A stretch of 64,000 nt of DNA. Source: a virus. The DNA lies in the IMG/VR virus record IMGVR_UViG_3300032770_000017, positions 1 to 64,000 of that record. The stretch is one strand, 5' to 3'. The translations under genes were made by a program, and so were the position numbers. Under the pieces are notes generated by a model. The model was not told the origin of the DNA. It worked only from the letters and a program-made list of their open reading frames with translations, and searched no databases. Below are positions 28,241-40,441 of this stretch, in pieces. Every line of letters begins with the position of its first letter. Position 1 is the first letter of the stretch.

Positions 28241-28906
28241 CTCCTCGGAGATGGCGCTCAACGCGTCGATCAGCCGCGGGTCCCATTCGAGCATCATCGA
28301 ATTCGGCACGACCTTGAGGAAGTAGCCGAAGCATCGCCCAAGCCGGAACCCCGCGGTCCATAGATCGGCATGTAGCTCGTCGCGCGTGTAGACCCGCCGA
28401 TGGCCTACGAGCCTGTCCCGGTCCGAGAGTGTGTCGAGACGTGGCTGCAAGCCCATCCTCACCGCCAGGCGCCGGTGCAGTGATTCGGCGTTGGGGACAA
28501 CGACCACGATGGTCCCGTATGGCTTCAGCCACGAACGCACGGCCTGCAGCATCGTGATCGGGTGCTCGACGTGCTCCAGCACATGCAGGCAGAGCACGCC
28601 GTCATAGGGCTCGGCCGGGGTGAAGTCCTCGAACAGGGAGTGGTGCACGACGAGCCCGGGATGGCGCTCGGCCGCCTCAGCGCACAGCGCCTCCGACCCT
28701 TCGACCACCTCCACGCTGAGGCCTCGCTCGATCAACGCGGCAGTGACCGCTCCGGTGCCGTAGCCCATCTCCAGCACCCGCTCTGCTGGCCTGAGGGCGT
28801 CGAGCACCGTGGGCAGGCTGGCGAGCTGCATGGACTCCTCAATAGCGATGTCCGGCACTGACGTGTTGAGGTAGTACCCACGGGCGAAGTCGTCGAGATC
28901 GGTCAT
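28190..28906 (-). CDS. Class I SAM-dependent methyltransferase
   Basis: VLEMGYGTG, HVLEHV, VVVPNAESLHR; ATG 28906 overlaps upstream stop. Confidence 0.88.
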   Translation of the reverse strand: MTDLDDFARGYYLNTSVPDIAIEESMQLASLPTVLDALRPAERVLEMGYGTGAVTAALIERGLSVEVVEGSEALCAEAAERHPGLVVHHSLFEDFTPAEPYDGVLCLHVLEHVEHPITMLQAVRSWLKPYGTIVVVVPNAESLHRRLAVRMGLQPRLDTLSDRDRLVGHRRVYTRDELHADLWTAGFRLGRCFGYFLKVVPNSMMLEWDPRLIDALSAISEELPPHLLANIGVAAHRS

Positions 28907-30207
28907 ACCTGCTCCGCTGCCCACAGGCCCTGGGCGACCTGCTCGTTGAGGCTGTCGGCGCCGAACGCCATGGCCCCGCCGATCACGGTCACATCCTCCA
29001 GGATCGGCATGGCTTCGGTGCGGGCGGCGGCGAAGCGGCAGCGGTTGCCGGCTGTGGGCGCGGCGAAACCGGGGGCGTGCATCTCGTGCACCGGCCCCAG
29101 GCAGGCCCGCTCGCGCACGATGCCCAGTCGCTCCAGATCGGCCTGGGCGTGGGCCAGCCGTGCGCCTTCGATGCTGATCAGCCGTTCGTCCTCGTGGGCG
29201 CCTCCGTCGTTGACCCGGAAGGCGGTCACGGAAGGATCGGGCACCATCACGGTTGAGGGCAGCGAGAGGATGTCGCGCTCGGCCACCGACACCCAACAGA
29301 CCGTCAGCGGCACCCGCTCCAATCGCATGGGCGTGCCGGCAGCGGTGAACAGCGTCTCCGGGCCGAAGCCGATCACCGAGCCTTCTGGCAGGCGCACCTC
29401 TAGACGCCTCTGCCGGGCTTCCTCGAAGCGGAGAAATCCACGATCGAGCATGACGAGCGGTGGCGTCCTGATGACCTCTGCACGGCTCTGGAGCCGATCC
29501 AGCAGGCGCTTGACCACGCCATCGCCCTTGACGGTGTGGAACGGGCGCCGCGGTCGATAGGTGACGGCGTTGTTCGATGCCGCTTCCCAGACCGTCTCGC
29601 TGTGGAACAGCGGCATCCACAACTTGCGGCGCATGGTGGCAAGTACGCCCTCGGAACCCCAGCGATAGACCTTCAGACAGAACGGCTCTATGAGCAGCTC
29701 GTGGAACGTCGGACCATGCTGGCTAAGGGACGCCGCTGCCAGGGACCGACCCCAGAGATCGGCAAGGGTGCGGCCACTGTCGGCTTCTTTGGCGATGAGC
29801 CTGGCCTGCTCATCGGTGAGCGCCCCCCGCAGGCGGGTGAGGTCCACGGTGAGGTAGATGTCGGGCGCGCGCCGGCCGTTGACGAACATCTCCGGGCGTC
29901 CGGCTTCTACAAGGTCATCGCCGAGCAGGGAACGGTAGAAGGCCCGGACGTGGGCGATGTGGGGACGGTGACCGCTCATGCCCGGCACATAGGCCGAGAT
30001 GGGCGGTTCGTCGGGTGCCTCCTCGGGCCCGTAGGAGGTCTCCAACAGGCGCAGCCCGAACTGCAGGTCCCACGGCCCGAGGCGCATGGGCTCGAAGCCA
30101 CCGCCAATGCCACGCTCCGGCAGGTAGAGCGTGACGGGCTCGCCCCGTTCTGCGAGCGCGTCGGCTGCCACCAGGGCGGCCACGGTGTCACCGGCGACGA
30201 TGGTCAT
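28903..30207 (-). CDS. Putative FAD/NAD-dependent oxidoreductase-like protein
   Basis: N-terminal degenerate Rossmann IVAGDTVAALVAA..L...G..V.L....IGGGF; LIEPFC.K. Confidence 0.6.
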   Translation of the reverse strand: MTIVAGDTVAALVAADALAERGEPVTLYLPERGIGGGFEPMRLGPWDLQFGLRLLETSYGPEEAPDEPPISAYVPGMSGHRPHIAHVRAFYRSLLGDDLVEAGRPEMFVNGRRAPDIYLTVDLTRLRGALTDEQARLIAKEADSGRTLADLWGRSLAAASLSQHGPTFHELLIEPFCLKVYRWGSEGVLATMRRKLWMPLFHSETVWEAASNNAVTYRPRRPFHTVKGDGVVKRLLDRLQSRAEVIRTPPLVMLDRGFLRFEEARQRRLEVRLPEGSVIGFGPETLFTAAGTPMRLERVPLTVCWVSVAERDILSLPSTVMVPDPSVTAFRVNDGGAHEDERLISIEGARLAHAQADLERLGIVRERACLGPVHEMHAPGFAAPTAGNRCRFAAARTEAMPILEDVTVIGGAMAFGADSLNEQVAQGLWAAEQV

Positions 30208-30893
30208 GCCCGGAAGGTCAGGTAGTTCACGGCGCAGTTGTCGGGGAAGCGGTGGGCGACCAGGCGGAAGCCTTCGAGCACTTCGACGGGCAGTCTGGCC
30301 ATCTCGTCGTTGGGCAACGGCTTGAACACGATGCCCTGGCGTCCGATGAGGCTGAACCCCGCATTCACGGCCAGCGCCTCCAGTTCAAAGGCGGTGTAGA
30401 GCCGGACCGTTCCCCATTGCCGACCGCGCTCGCTCACCTCAGAGCAGTCGCAGATCAGCCCGAGGTCCAAGGCGACGAGGCGATGCACCGATTCCGGGTT
30501 CTGCGAGGCGAGGTGCAGCATCCCGTCGTGGCGCAGCAGGTGATGGCAGTGGCGCAGGAACTGGCCGGGGTGCTCCAGTTCGTGGATCACGTTGGTCACC
30601 ACGACGTGGTCATACGGCACGCCGCTGCGGAAATGGGAGACGTTGTCCTGGACGAACGAGGCACTGATCAGGTGCCGCGCTCGGGCCCGGGCCAGGTAGG
30701 CCTCCGAGCGGTCGACGCCGACCACGGTGGCCCCGGCCGCGACGAACAGCGACGACATGAGCCCCGTGGCGCAGCCCATCTCCAGCACGCGGTCACGCGG
30801 CCCGAGGTGCTCAGCGATGGCCTCACCGGTGGCGATGGTGTAGAAGCGGTCGAAGTCGGTATCGGGGTCGTAGGAGTCCGAATAGTCCGTCAT
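30204..30893 (-). CDS. Class I SAM-dependent methyltransferase (paralog of 28190..28906)
   Basis: VLEMGCATG, NVIHELEHP, NPESVHR, KPLPN. Confidence 0.88.
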   Translation of the reverse strand: MTDYSDSYDPDTDFDRFYTIATGEAIAEHLGPRDRVLEMGCATGLMSSLFVAAGATVVGVDRSEAYLARARARHLISASFVQDNVSHFRSGVPYDHVVVTNVIHELEHPGQFLRHCHHLLRHDGMLHLASQNPESVHRLVALDLGLICDCSEVSERGRQWGTVRLYTAFELEALAVNAGFSLIGRQGIVFKPLPNDEMARLPVEVLEGFRLVAHRFPDNCAVNYLTFRA

Positions 30894-31297
30894 GGCCGAT
30901 CCCCGCTGGGTAAACCGAGAGCGAACTTCGTCACGCCGTCATACTTCGTCTTGGACCGGCCGCCCAATGGGTTGCGTGTCTCGCCGTCATAACTGTGGAA
31001 CGCCTCTTCGCCCTGCATCTGAAAATCAATCGGCAGACCGGTGACATGACGGCCCCACAGGCTGATAGCCACATTCAGCGTATAAACGGCGAATGGCGAC
31101 ATCACGTCCTCTGCCCAAGGCAAGAGCATGCGCACGTCAACGTCACGCCAATCGCCACCGCGCTCGACGGAACCGACGAGGTAGGGCGTCTGCTCGAAGG
31201 CATCACGAAGCTGGCGACCCCACTGATCGAGCACAAACAACTCCGCAGGACTAAGGGTCGTACCTCGGCGTCTCGCCGTGCTAGCGGGATCCGTCAT
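30890..31297 (-). CDS. Small nucleotidyltransferase-fold protein
   Basis: YLVGS....WRDVDVR and GLPIDFQ motifs (GS..DxD..D). Confidence 0.65.
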   Translation of the reverse strand: MTDPASTARRRGTTLSPAELFVLDQWGRQLRDAFEQTPYLVGSVERGGDWRDVDVRMLLPWAEDVMSPFAVYTLNVAISLWGRHVTGLPIDFQMQGEEAFHSYDGETRNPLGGRSKTKYDGVTKFALGLPSGDRP

Positions 31298-32220
31298 GGC
31301 CGCCACACCAGATCAAGGCGTAGGGACTGGCGGGCGCCCACGCTCTGCTTGAACTGCACGAGCCCAGCATCGGCCACGCCGTCCTTGCTGGACCGGCCGA
31401 GGTCGATCGTGAGGGCGCCCTGTTCGAGGCCCCACTGCACGAGCTTGTAGGCCAGATGGTTCATCGGCGAGCACGGTAGGTCGGTGGCATCGTCGCCCCA
31501 GTACACGACGAGGAAGCGCTGGGGCAGCACGCGGTAGACCAGCGCCGCCGCGCATCGCTTGAGACCATGCACGACGGTGAACATGTGCACGTCGCCGGGG
31601 AACGTGTCGCGCATGCGCAGCACGTATTCGCGGCTGAGCAGGAGCTGGCGCCCTTTGCGTGCCCGGTTGGTCTCCAGCACGTCGTAGGCCCGTTCCCATT
31701 CCTCGTCACCGATGGCCTCGAAGAAGGCGAAGGGCTCGCGGTGAGAGCGCAGCAGGGCCTTTCGTGCCTCGCGTTTGAGGGAGACGATGTAGTCGGCGAA
31801 CGTCTCAAGGACCGCGAGATCAATGTGGTGGTTCAGATCGCACGTCTCGACCCAGAACCCGGCATTGAGCAGGGCGAACTGCAGCGCCGTCTCGTTGCGG
31901 CTGTAGAACGCTGGCTTGCACCGGATGCGCACGCTCGGCCACTGGTTGAGCCGCGCCCAGTCCATGAGGTCATCGACCAGGGAGACGACATTGCCCACGG
32001 TCTCGGGCTCGCGGACGAAGTCGGGGCCACCGAAGGGCGCCGACCAGCCCGAATCGAACCCCTCGGCGGTCAGCACCCCGGTCACCGTGCCGATGGGCCG
32101 GATGCCGCTGAGCCGGGCGTGAGGCGCCTCGAATGCCTGGAAGCGGGAGCCGCAGGTGAGGTTGCGGGCGTGATAGGCCTCGCGGTTGAACAGGGCCAGA
32201 TGATGGTCACCGCCCGTCAT
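31294..32220 (-). CDS. GNAT/FemAB-like acyltransferase
   Basis: SAPFGG, VYWGD, IDLG.SS.DG..D.GL.QFK.S.GA; TAGGAT 8 nt before ATG 32220. Confidence 0.8.
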   Translation of the reverse strand: MTGGDHHLALFNREAYHARNLTCGSRFQAFEAPHARLSGIRPIGTVTGVLTAEGFDSGWSAPFGGPDFVREPETVGNVVSLVDDLMDWARLNQWPSVRIRCKPAFYSRNETALQFALLNAGFWVETCDLNHHIDLAVLETFADYIVSLKREARKALLRSHREPFAFFEAIGDEEWERAYDVLETNRARKGRQLLLSREYVLRMRDTFPGDVHMFTVVHGLKRCAAALVYRVLPQRFLVVYWGDDATDLPCSPMNHLAYKLVQWGLEQGALTIDLGRSSKDGVADAGLVQFKQSVGARQSLRLDLVWRP

Positions 32221-32247
32221 GCTCCGTAATCCTAACCTCTGTTGCCT

Positions 32248-32664
32248 ATGACCACCACGAACAGGCCGACCGTTGACGACTGCCGCCTCGTCAACCTGCC
32301 GAAGATCGCCGACCCGCGGGGCAATCTGTCCTTCGTCGAAGGCGGTAGGCATGTGCCCTTTGAGATACGCCGTGCGTTCTGGTTATATGACGTGCCCGGC
32401 GGCGAGAGCCGGGCTGGGCACGCCAACAAGGAACTGGAGCAGTTGATCGTCGCCGTGAGCGGCAGTTTCGATGTGCAGCTCGACGATGGGCAATCCACGA
32501 AGACCGTCACTCTGCGCCGCTCCTATCGCGGCCTGTACGTGCCCGGGATGATCTGGCGGGATATCTACAACTTCTCGTCGGGCTCGGTGTGCCTAGTGCT
32601 GTGCTCGGGCCTCTACGACCCCGATGACTACTTCCGCGACTACGGCGAATTCGTGAACGCATGA
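32248..32664 (+). CDS. fdtA: dTDP-4-keto-6-deoxyhexose 3,4-ketoisomerase (FdtA/QdtA/WxcM cupin)
   Basis: DPRGNLSFVE..VPFEIRR..LYDVP..RAGHA, GLYVPGMIWR, YD.DDY.RDY. Confidence 0.9.
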   Translation: MTTTNRPTVDDCRLVNLPKIADPRGNLSFVEGGRHVPFEIRRAFWLYDVPGGESRAGHANKELEQLIVAVSGSFDVQLDDGQSTKTVTLRRSYRGLYVPGMIWRDIYNFSSGSVCLVLCSGLYDPDDYFRDYGEFVNA

Positions 32665-33746
32665 CCACGCTGACCGTGCGCGTCCCCTTCCTCGACGTGG
32701 GCGCCACCTACCGGGCACTGCAGGGCGAGATCGACCGGGCCGTGGCTGATGTGCTGGCCAGCGGCTCCTACATCCTCGGCGAGCAGGTGGCGGCGTTCGA
32801 GCAGGAATACGCGGCCTTCACCGGCGCCCGGCACTGCGTGGGTGTGGGCAACGGGCTTGACGCCCTGACGCTGTGCCTCCTGGCCCTCGGGATCGGCACG
32901 GGCGACGAGGTGATCGTGCCTTCGAACACCTACATCGCCACTTGGCTGGCCGTGTCGCGCACCGGGGCCGTACCGGTCCCGGTCGAGCCCGACTTGTGGT
33001 CGTTCAACATCGACCCCGAGCGCATCGAGGCAGCCATCACCCCACAGACGCGGGCGATCATGCCCGTGCACCTCTATGGCCAGCCTGCCGATCTCGCTGC
33101 CATCATGGCCGTTGCCGATGCCTACGGGCTGGCCGTGGTGGACGACGCGGCCCAAGCCCACGGGGCGCGCCTCGGGCCGAGCACGATGACCGGCTGGAGC
33201 TTCTACCCGACCAAATGTCTCGGCTGTTTCGGCGACGGGGGCGCGGTGACCACCGACGAGGGGGCCCTGGCCGACTCGGTAAGGCGACTGGCCAACTATG
33301 GGCGCGTGAGCCGCTACCGCAACGATGACCAGGGCATCAACAGTCGGCTGGACGAGCTGCAGGCCGCCGTCCTGCGGGTCAAACTTCCGCACCTGACCGA
33401 GTGGAACCGGCGCCGGAAGGAGATCGCGGGCCGCTACACAGCCGCTTTCCAGGGCATCTCGGGGCTGATCGTCCCTGGCGAGGTGGGGCGTTCCGTCTGG
33501 CACCTCTATGTCGTGCGCTCGTTCCGGCGCGATGCCCTGGCCCTGCATCTGAGCGGATGGGGGGTGGAGACGGCGGTGCACTACCCGGTGCCGCCGCACC
33601 GCCAGCGGGCCTACGCCAAGGCGCGCCCGGCCTACCTGCCCAACGCTGATGAGCTGGGCAAGGAGGTGCTGAGCCTGCCCATCGGCCCGCACATGAGCGA
33701 CGAGGACGTGGACGCCGTGATCGAAGCCGTCCGGTCCTTCCGGTGA
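32661..33746 (+). CDS. fdtB: DegT/DnrJ/EryC1/StrS PLP sugar aminotransferase (FdtB/QdtB-like)
   Basis: GNGLDAL, PVHLYGQ, DAAQAHGA, SFYPTK.LG.FGDGGA, NSRLDELQAA. Confidence 0.93.
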   Translation: MTTLTVRVPFLDVGATYRALQGEIDRAVADVLASGSYILGEQVAAFEQEYAAFTGARHCVGVGNGLDALTLCLLALGIGTGDEVIVPSNTYIATWLAVSRTGAVPVPVEPDLWSFNIDPERIEAAITPQTRAIMPVHLYGQPADLAAIMAVADAYGLAVVDDAAQAHGARLGPSTMTGWSFYPTKCLGCFGDGGAVTTDEGALADSVRRLANYGRVSRYRNDDQGINSRLDELQAAVLRVKLPHLTEWNRRRKEIAGRYTAAFQGISGLIVPGEVGRSVWHLYVVRSFRRDALALHLSGWGVETAVHYPVPPHRQRAYAKARPAYLPNADELGKEVLSLPIGPHMSDEDVDAVIEAVRSFR

Positions 33747-36700
33747 CCGATCACGCGGCTGCGATCGCCGAATCGGCGGCGGTCCTGGAGCGGCTGGAGG
33801 CTGACGCCGAGCGGCTGGCAGGGGCCAGCCAATCTGAGGCGGCGGCCGCGGTGGCGCAGGTCGCCGCCCACTTCGCATGGTTCAATCACCCGGGCCGCTA
33901 TGTCAGCCCGCGCCTAGAGGCTGTTCTGAGGGGCCTGTCGGGCTCGCTGGAGCCCGTTGGCAACGCCGTCGGCTCCCCGCCCCAGCGGGTCCTCCATGTC
34001 CTCACACAGGCCTACAGCACGGGAGGGCACACCCGCTACGCCAGGCGGTGGGCCGAATGGGACACGGCCCATGCCCATGCCTTCGCCCTTACGAATCAGC
34101 GCGGCGGCGGCATCCCCGAGGGGCTCATGCGTTACGACGTGCGAAGCCTCGAGGGCCCGATGCTCACCCGGGCCGCTCGCCTGCGGCAGTTGGCCTCGCG
34201 CGCCGATCTGGTCGTCTCCTTCGCCCATCCCTACGACGTGGTGCCGATGCTCGCCTTCGCCGCCTGGGAGGGCAGGCCGTCGGTGATCGTGGCTGACCAT
34301 GTTGACCATGCGTTCTGGCTCGGCGCCTCGATCGCGGACGTGGTGGCCTGCCATCGGGCCGAGGGGCGGCGGGTCGCCACCGAGCGGCGGGGCATCGAAG
34401 CCAGGCGCTGTGTGGACCTACCTATCCCCGCCGACGATTCACGCCCGTTTAGCCCGGCGGCTAAATCTGAGGCCAGGGCTGCCCTCGGGATCGCCGAGGA
34501 CGCCAAGGTGCTGCTCACCGTTGGCGATGCCTACAAGTACCTCACCGACGGCCCCGGCATCGTGGAGGTGCTCGCGCCGGTGCTCGACGCGGACCCCGAC
34601 GCTCTCCTCATTGCCGTGGGCCCGCAATCGGACGGCATGTGGGCGTCGCACCCGCAGGTGGTAGCCGTCGGGCGGGTGCCGTCGCTGGAGGGGTTCTGGG
34701 CGGCCGCGGACGTCTATCTCGACTCCTGGCCGTGCTCAGGGGCGACCTCGGCCATGGAGATGGCGGTGCGCGGTGTGCCGGTCGTGCAGTTCTGCCCCGA
34801 CCCCGAAGCCGAACGGTTCTACTACCCCGACGAGATTGGACCGCCGTCGCGCTGCCACACCGTGGAGACCTACCGGGCCCGCATCGAAGCCCTGCTCGTC
34901 AACCCGTCGCTGCGGGCCGGGCTAGGCCGCCAGCTCGCCATTGCCGCTCGGGCGCGGCACGGCAAGAAGGGATGGCTCAAGGCTCTGGGCAAGGTCTACG
35001 CCGCTGCCATCTCGGTCGGCCCCGCGCCCATGCTGGCGGCCGTCCCCGAACCGTCACCCACAGACACCGCCGATGGGTTCCTCGTCGACCTCGACGCCGC
35101 CCTCAGCCGGTTCTCGGGCCTCGGGGGCGCCATCGCCGAGCACGGCCATCTCATCCCTGCCGGCACCCATTGGAATAGCGTCACGTCGGCCATGAGCGCA
35201 TCGGTGGTCATCCCGGCGTGGAACGCCGCCGAGCAGACGCAGGCCTGCCTCGACTCGGTGCTCCCGACCTTGCGCGACGTGGACCGGGTGGTGGTGGTCG
35301 ACAACGGCTCGACCGACACCACACCTCAGATGCTGCGCAACTATGGCTGGCCGGTGTCGGTGCTGACCAACCCCGAGAACCGGGGCTTCGCCGCGGCCAA
35401 CAACCAGGGCGCCGACTTCACCGACAGCGACGTGGTCGTGTTCCTCAACTCCGACACGATCGTGCACGAGGGCTGGCTGGACGCTCTGTGCCTCCCATTC
35501 GCCGACGAGACGGTGGGTGCGGTGGGACCCCTCGGGACGAACGTGAGCGGCCCACAGGGCATCCTGGCGCCGAATTGGGAGGCCGTGCAGGTGGGAAGGC
35601 TGGTCGGGTTCTGCCTGGCCGTGCGGCGCTCGGCACTCGACGAGGTCAGCGGGTGGGACGAGGAGTTCACCGGCGGCTACGAGGATGACTGGCTCTGCCA
35701 CCGCCTCAGCGCCCGCGGCTGGCGCCTGGTCATCACCTCACAGACCATCGTGGAGCACGTCGGGCACGCGTCCTTCGATGCCAACGAGGTGGACTGGTAC
35801 GCCCGCCAGGAGTCCAACCGGCCGCTGTGGGAGGCCAGGCGCCACGAGGACATCGCCATGGTCGCCATCGTCCGCGACGAGGCGGCGGTCATCGAGCGCC
35901 TCCTGACCTCGGCTGCCCAGGTGTGCGGGCGGGCGGTGGTGGTGGACACGGGCTCGGTGGACAAGACGCCAGAGATCGTGGAGAAGGTGTGCGCCGACCT
36001 GGGCCTGGCCCTAACGCTGGAGCACCGGCCGTGGACCGACTTCGCCACCAACCGCACCGAGGCCCTCCGCATCGGCCAGGAATCAGGCGCCGGCTGGTTG
36101 CTGTTGCTCGACGCTGAGCAGACGCTCGAGGTGACCGGGCCGCTGCCGAACCTGTGCGGGGACGCCTATCAGGTGGCGATGAGCGTGGGCGGCCTGTACT
36201 ACACCAACGCCAAGCTGGTCCGGGCCCGGCGCGGCTGGCAGTTCATCGGCGCCGCCCACGAGTACCTCCACACCCTCGACGGCGAGGCCTACCAGGCCCA
36301 GCCGCTCGGGCCGTGCCTGACCGTGGTCGACCATCTCGACTCCGGCGACCGGATGGCCAAGATCGCCCGCAACCGGGTGCTGCTCGAAGCCGACCTCGAA
36401 CGGGACCCCGACAACCCGCGCACGGTGTTCTATCTGGGCGAGACCTACCGCGACCTCGGCGACCGGGAGGCGGCCAAGGCGATGTACAAGCGGCGGGCGC
36501 TGATGGAGGGCACGTTCGAGGAGGAGGGCTGGTACGCCCACTGGCAATGGGGCTCGCTTGTCAGCGAGGACGACCTGGACACCGCCTCGGTGATCCTCAC
36601 CCACGCCTTCGAGCGCCGTCCGCACCGGGCCGAGCCGCTCTGGGACCTCGGGCGCCACTACCGGTTCGCCAAGCGCTACCAGGCCGCCTACATGGTCCTC

Positions 36701-36916
36701 TCCCACGCCATCACCCTGCCGCTGCCGCCGGACACCCTGTTCGTCCACGCCGCGGTCTACGACCACCTGATCGCCTTCGAGCTGGCCATCGCCGCCTGGT
36801 GGACGGGGCGCTATGCCGAGTCCGACGGCCGGAACCGGGAACTGCTGGCCCGGGACGCGCTGCCCTCCAACATTCGCGAGGCGGTCGAGCGGAACCTCGC
36901 CATCCCGCACCCCTAA
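33743..36916 (+). CDS. Multidomain glycosyltransferase: GT-B(GT4)-like + GT2 + GT2/TPR
   Basis: Y.TGGHTR and DVYLDS.P.SG.TS.ME; SVVIPAWN..VDNGSTD..NRGFA.ANN..LNSD; IVRDEA.VI.R.L..VDTGS.D.T..LDAE..HE, then TPR-like helices. Confidence 0.9.
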   Translation: MTDHAAAIAESAAVLERLEADAERLAGASQSEAAAAVAQVAAHFAWFNHPGRYVSPRLEAVLRGLSGSLEPVGNAVGSPPQRVLHVLTQAYSTGGHTRYARRWAEWDTAHAHAFALTNQRGGGIPEGLMRYDVRSLEGPMLTRAARLRQLASRADLVVSFAHPYDVVPMLAFAAWEGRPSVIVADHVDHAFWLGASIADVVACHRAEGRRVATERRGIEARRCVDLPIPADDSRPFSPAAKSEARAALGIAEDAKVLLTVGDAYKYLTDGPGIVEVLAPVLDADPDALLIAVGPQSDGMWASHPQVVAVGRVPSLEGFWAAADVYLDSWPCSGATSAMEMAVRGVPVVQFCPDPEAERFYYPDEIGPPSRCHTVETYRARIEALLVNPSLRAGLGRQLAIAARARHGKKGWLKALGKVYAAAISVGPAPMLAAVPEPSPTDTADGFLVDLDAALSRFSGLGGAIAEHGHLIPAGTHWNSVTSAMSASVVIPAWNAAEQTQACLDSVLPTLRDVDRVVVVDNGSTDTTPQMLRNYGWPVSVLTNPENRGFAAANNQGADFTDSDVVVFLNSDTIVHEGWLDALCLPFADETVGAVGPLGTNVSGPQGILAPNWEAVQVGRLVGFCLAVRRSALDEVSGWDEEFTGGYEDDWLCHRLSARGWRLVITSQTIVEHVGHASFDANEVDWYARQESNRPLWEARRHEDIAMVAIVRDEAAVIERLLTSAAQVCGRAVVVDTGSVDKTPEIVEKVCADLGLALTLEHRPWTDFATNRTEALRIGQESGAGWLLLLDAEQTLEVTGPLPNLCGDAYQVAMSVGGLYYTNAKLVRARRGWQFIGAAHEYLHTLDGEAYQAQPLGPCLTVVDHLDSGDRMAKIARNRVLLEADLERDPDNPRTVFYLGETYRDLGDREAAKAMYKRRALMEGTFEEEGWYAHWQWGSLVSEDDLDTASVILTHAFERRPHRAEPLWDLGRHYRFAKRYQAAYMVLSHAITLPLPPDTLFVHAAVYDHLIAFELAIAAWWTGRYAESDGRNRELLARDALPSNIREAVERNLAIPHP

Positions 36917-36982
36917 CCGTCTCCGGGCGCGTCCCGTGCCCTATCATCCCGACGATGGCCGACGGCGTAGGAGGCTGAACAG

Positions 36983-37642
36983 GTGCCCTCAAGTGCCAAC
37001 TGGGTAACGCACGCCTTCGACCAGGCCTTTTCCGGGAATATCAACTGGGCGTCCGACACGATCAAGATGGCCCTGTTCACCGCGAGCCCGGGCACCATTT
37101 CCTCGGTTACGCACTATTCGGACCTGGCCAACGAGGTGCCGAACGGCTCGGGCTACACCACGGGTGGTGCCACCCTCGGCACCAAGACCCACACGGTGAC
37201 GGCGGCCAACTCGTTCGGCGTCTCCAACGGCAACTTCACCTCGGGCATCTGGATCGCTTCCACCGTGGCGGCCGTGGGCAACATCGTGCGCCCGATCACC
37301 ACCAACGGGTACCTGTTCCTCTGCGTCGCCGTGACCTCCGACGACCAGACGGGCGGCTCGGAGCCGACGTGGCCGAGCGTGCAGGGCCAGACGGTGGTCG
37401 ACAACCACGTCACATGGTCCTGCCTCGGCGAGTCCATCACGATCTGGTCGAGCGCCTCGCCGACATGGTCCACAGCCACGTTCACGGCGACGAACTACGC
37501 GATCTATGACGCGCAGAGCGGCACGGGGTCGACTGAGCCCGTGCTGGTCCTCGGCGCGCTGTCGCCCTCGCTCACCCCGGTCTCAGGGACCGCGACGGTG
37601 ACTGCGCCGGCTTTGGGTTGGGCGTGGACGACGCCGAGCTGA
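36983..37642 (+). CDS. Virion structural protein with inserted W..ST...EPTWP...VTW (CBM-like) module
   Basis: INWASDTIKMAL..NEV..GSGYTTGG phage motif; inserted module. Confidence 0.7.
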   Translation: MPSSANWVTHAFDQAFSGNINWASDTIKMALFTASPGTISSVTHYSDLANEVPNGSGYTTGGATLGTKTHTVTAANSFGVSNGNFTSGIWIASTVAAVGNIVRPITTNGYLFLCVAVTSDDQTGGSEPTWPSVQGQTVVDNHVTWSCLGESITIWSSASPTWSTATFTATNYAIYDAQSGTGSTEPVLVLGALSPSLTPVSGTATVTAPALGWAWTTPS

Positions 37643-37647
37643 GATGA

Positions 37648-40089
<2,442 letters not shown>

Positions 40090-40090
<1 letters not shown>

Positions 40091-40440
40091 TGCCCGCCAC
40101 CTATGCCATCGGCCAAGTGCTGCCTAATGGGGCCCGCGTCACGACCGACGAGGTCACGACTGCGCCCGACGGTTCCACGGTCGAGCACATCGTCGCCCAC
40201 TACCCGAACGGCGCATGGGACGAGGAGACGATCTTCACGCCCGGCCCGGGGACGCCCGAGGCGAACCGGCAGATGACTCATCAGCGCGTCCGTGACGGGC
40301 TCATTGACCATGCCACCTATCTCGCCGATCCGGCGACGACGTTCGAGGCCCTCGTTGCGCAGGTGGAGGCGTTGACCCGCCAGGTCAACCGACTGGCCCG
40401 CATCGTCCTGAACGAGCACGACACCACCGCAGGTACCTGA
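40090..40440 (+). CDS. Hypothetical fibre-associated protein
   Basis: TGATG coupling; C-terminal coiled coil. Confidence 0.6.
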
Positions 40441-40441
40441 G

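Noticed and set aside
28907-29620. N-terminal extension of the 476-aa ORF 28190..29620
   Set aside because: Overlaps the real 28903..30207 gene in another frame; the methyltransferase begins at 28906
27575-36916. Sugar cluster as a DNA hypermodification system or a host-genome contaminant
   Set aside because: No base hydroxymethylase or DNA-modifying partner is nearby; the cluster uses the phage TAGGAT promoter and is flanked by virion genes. Disfavoured, not fully excluded.
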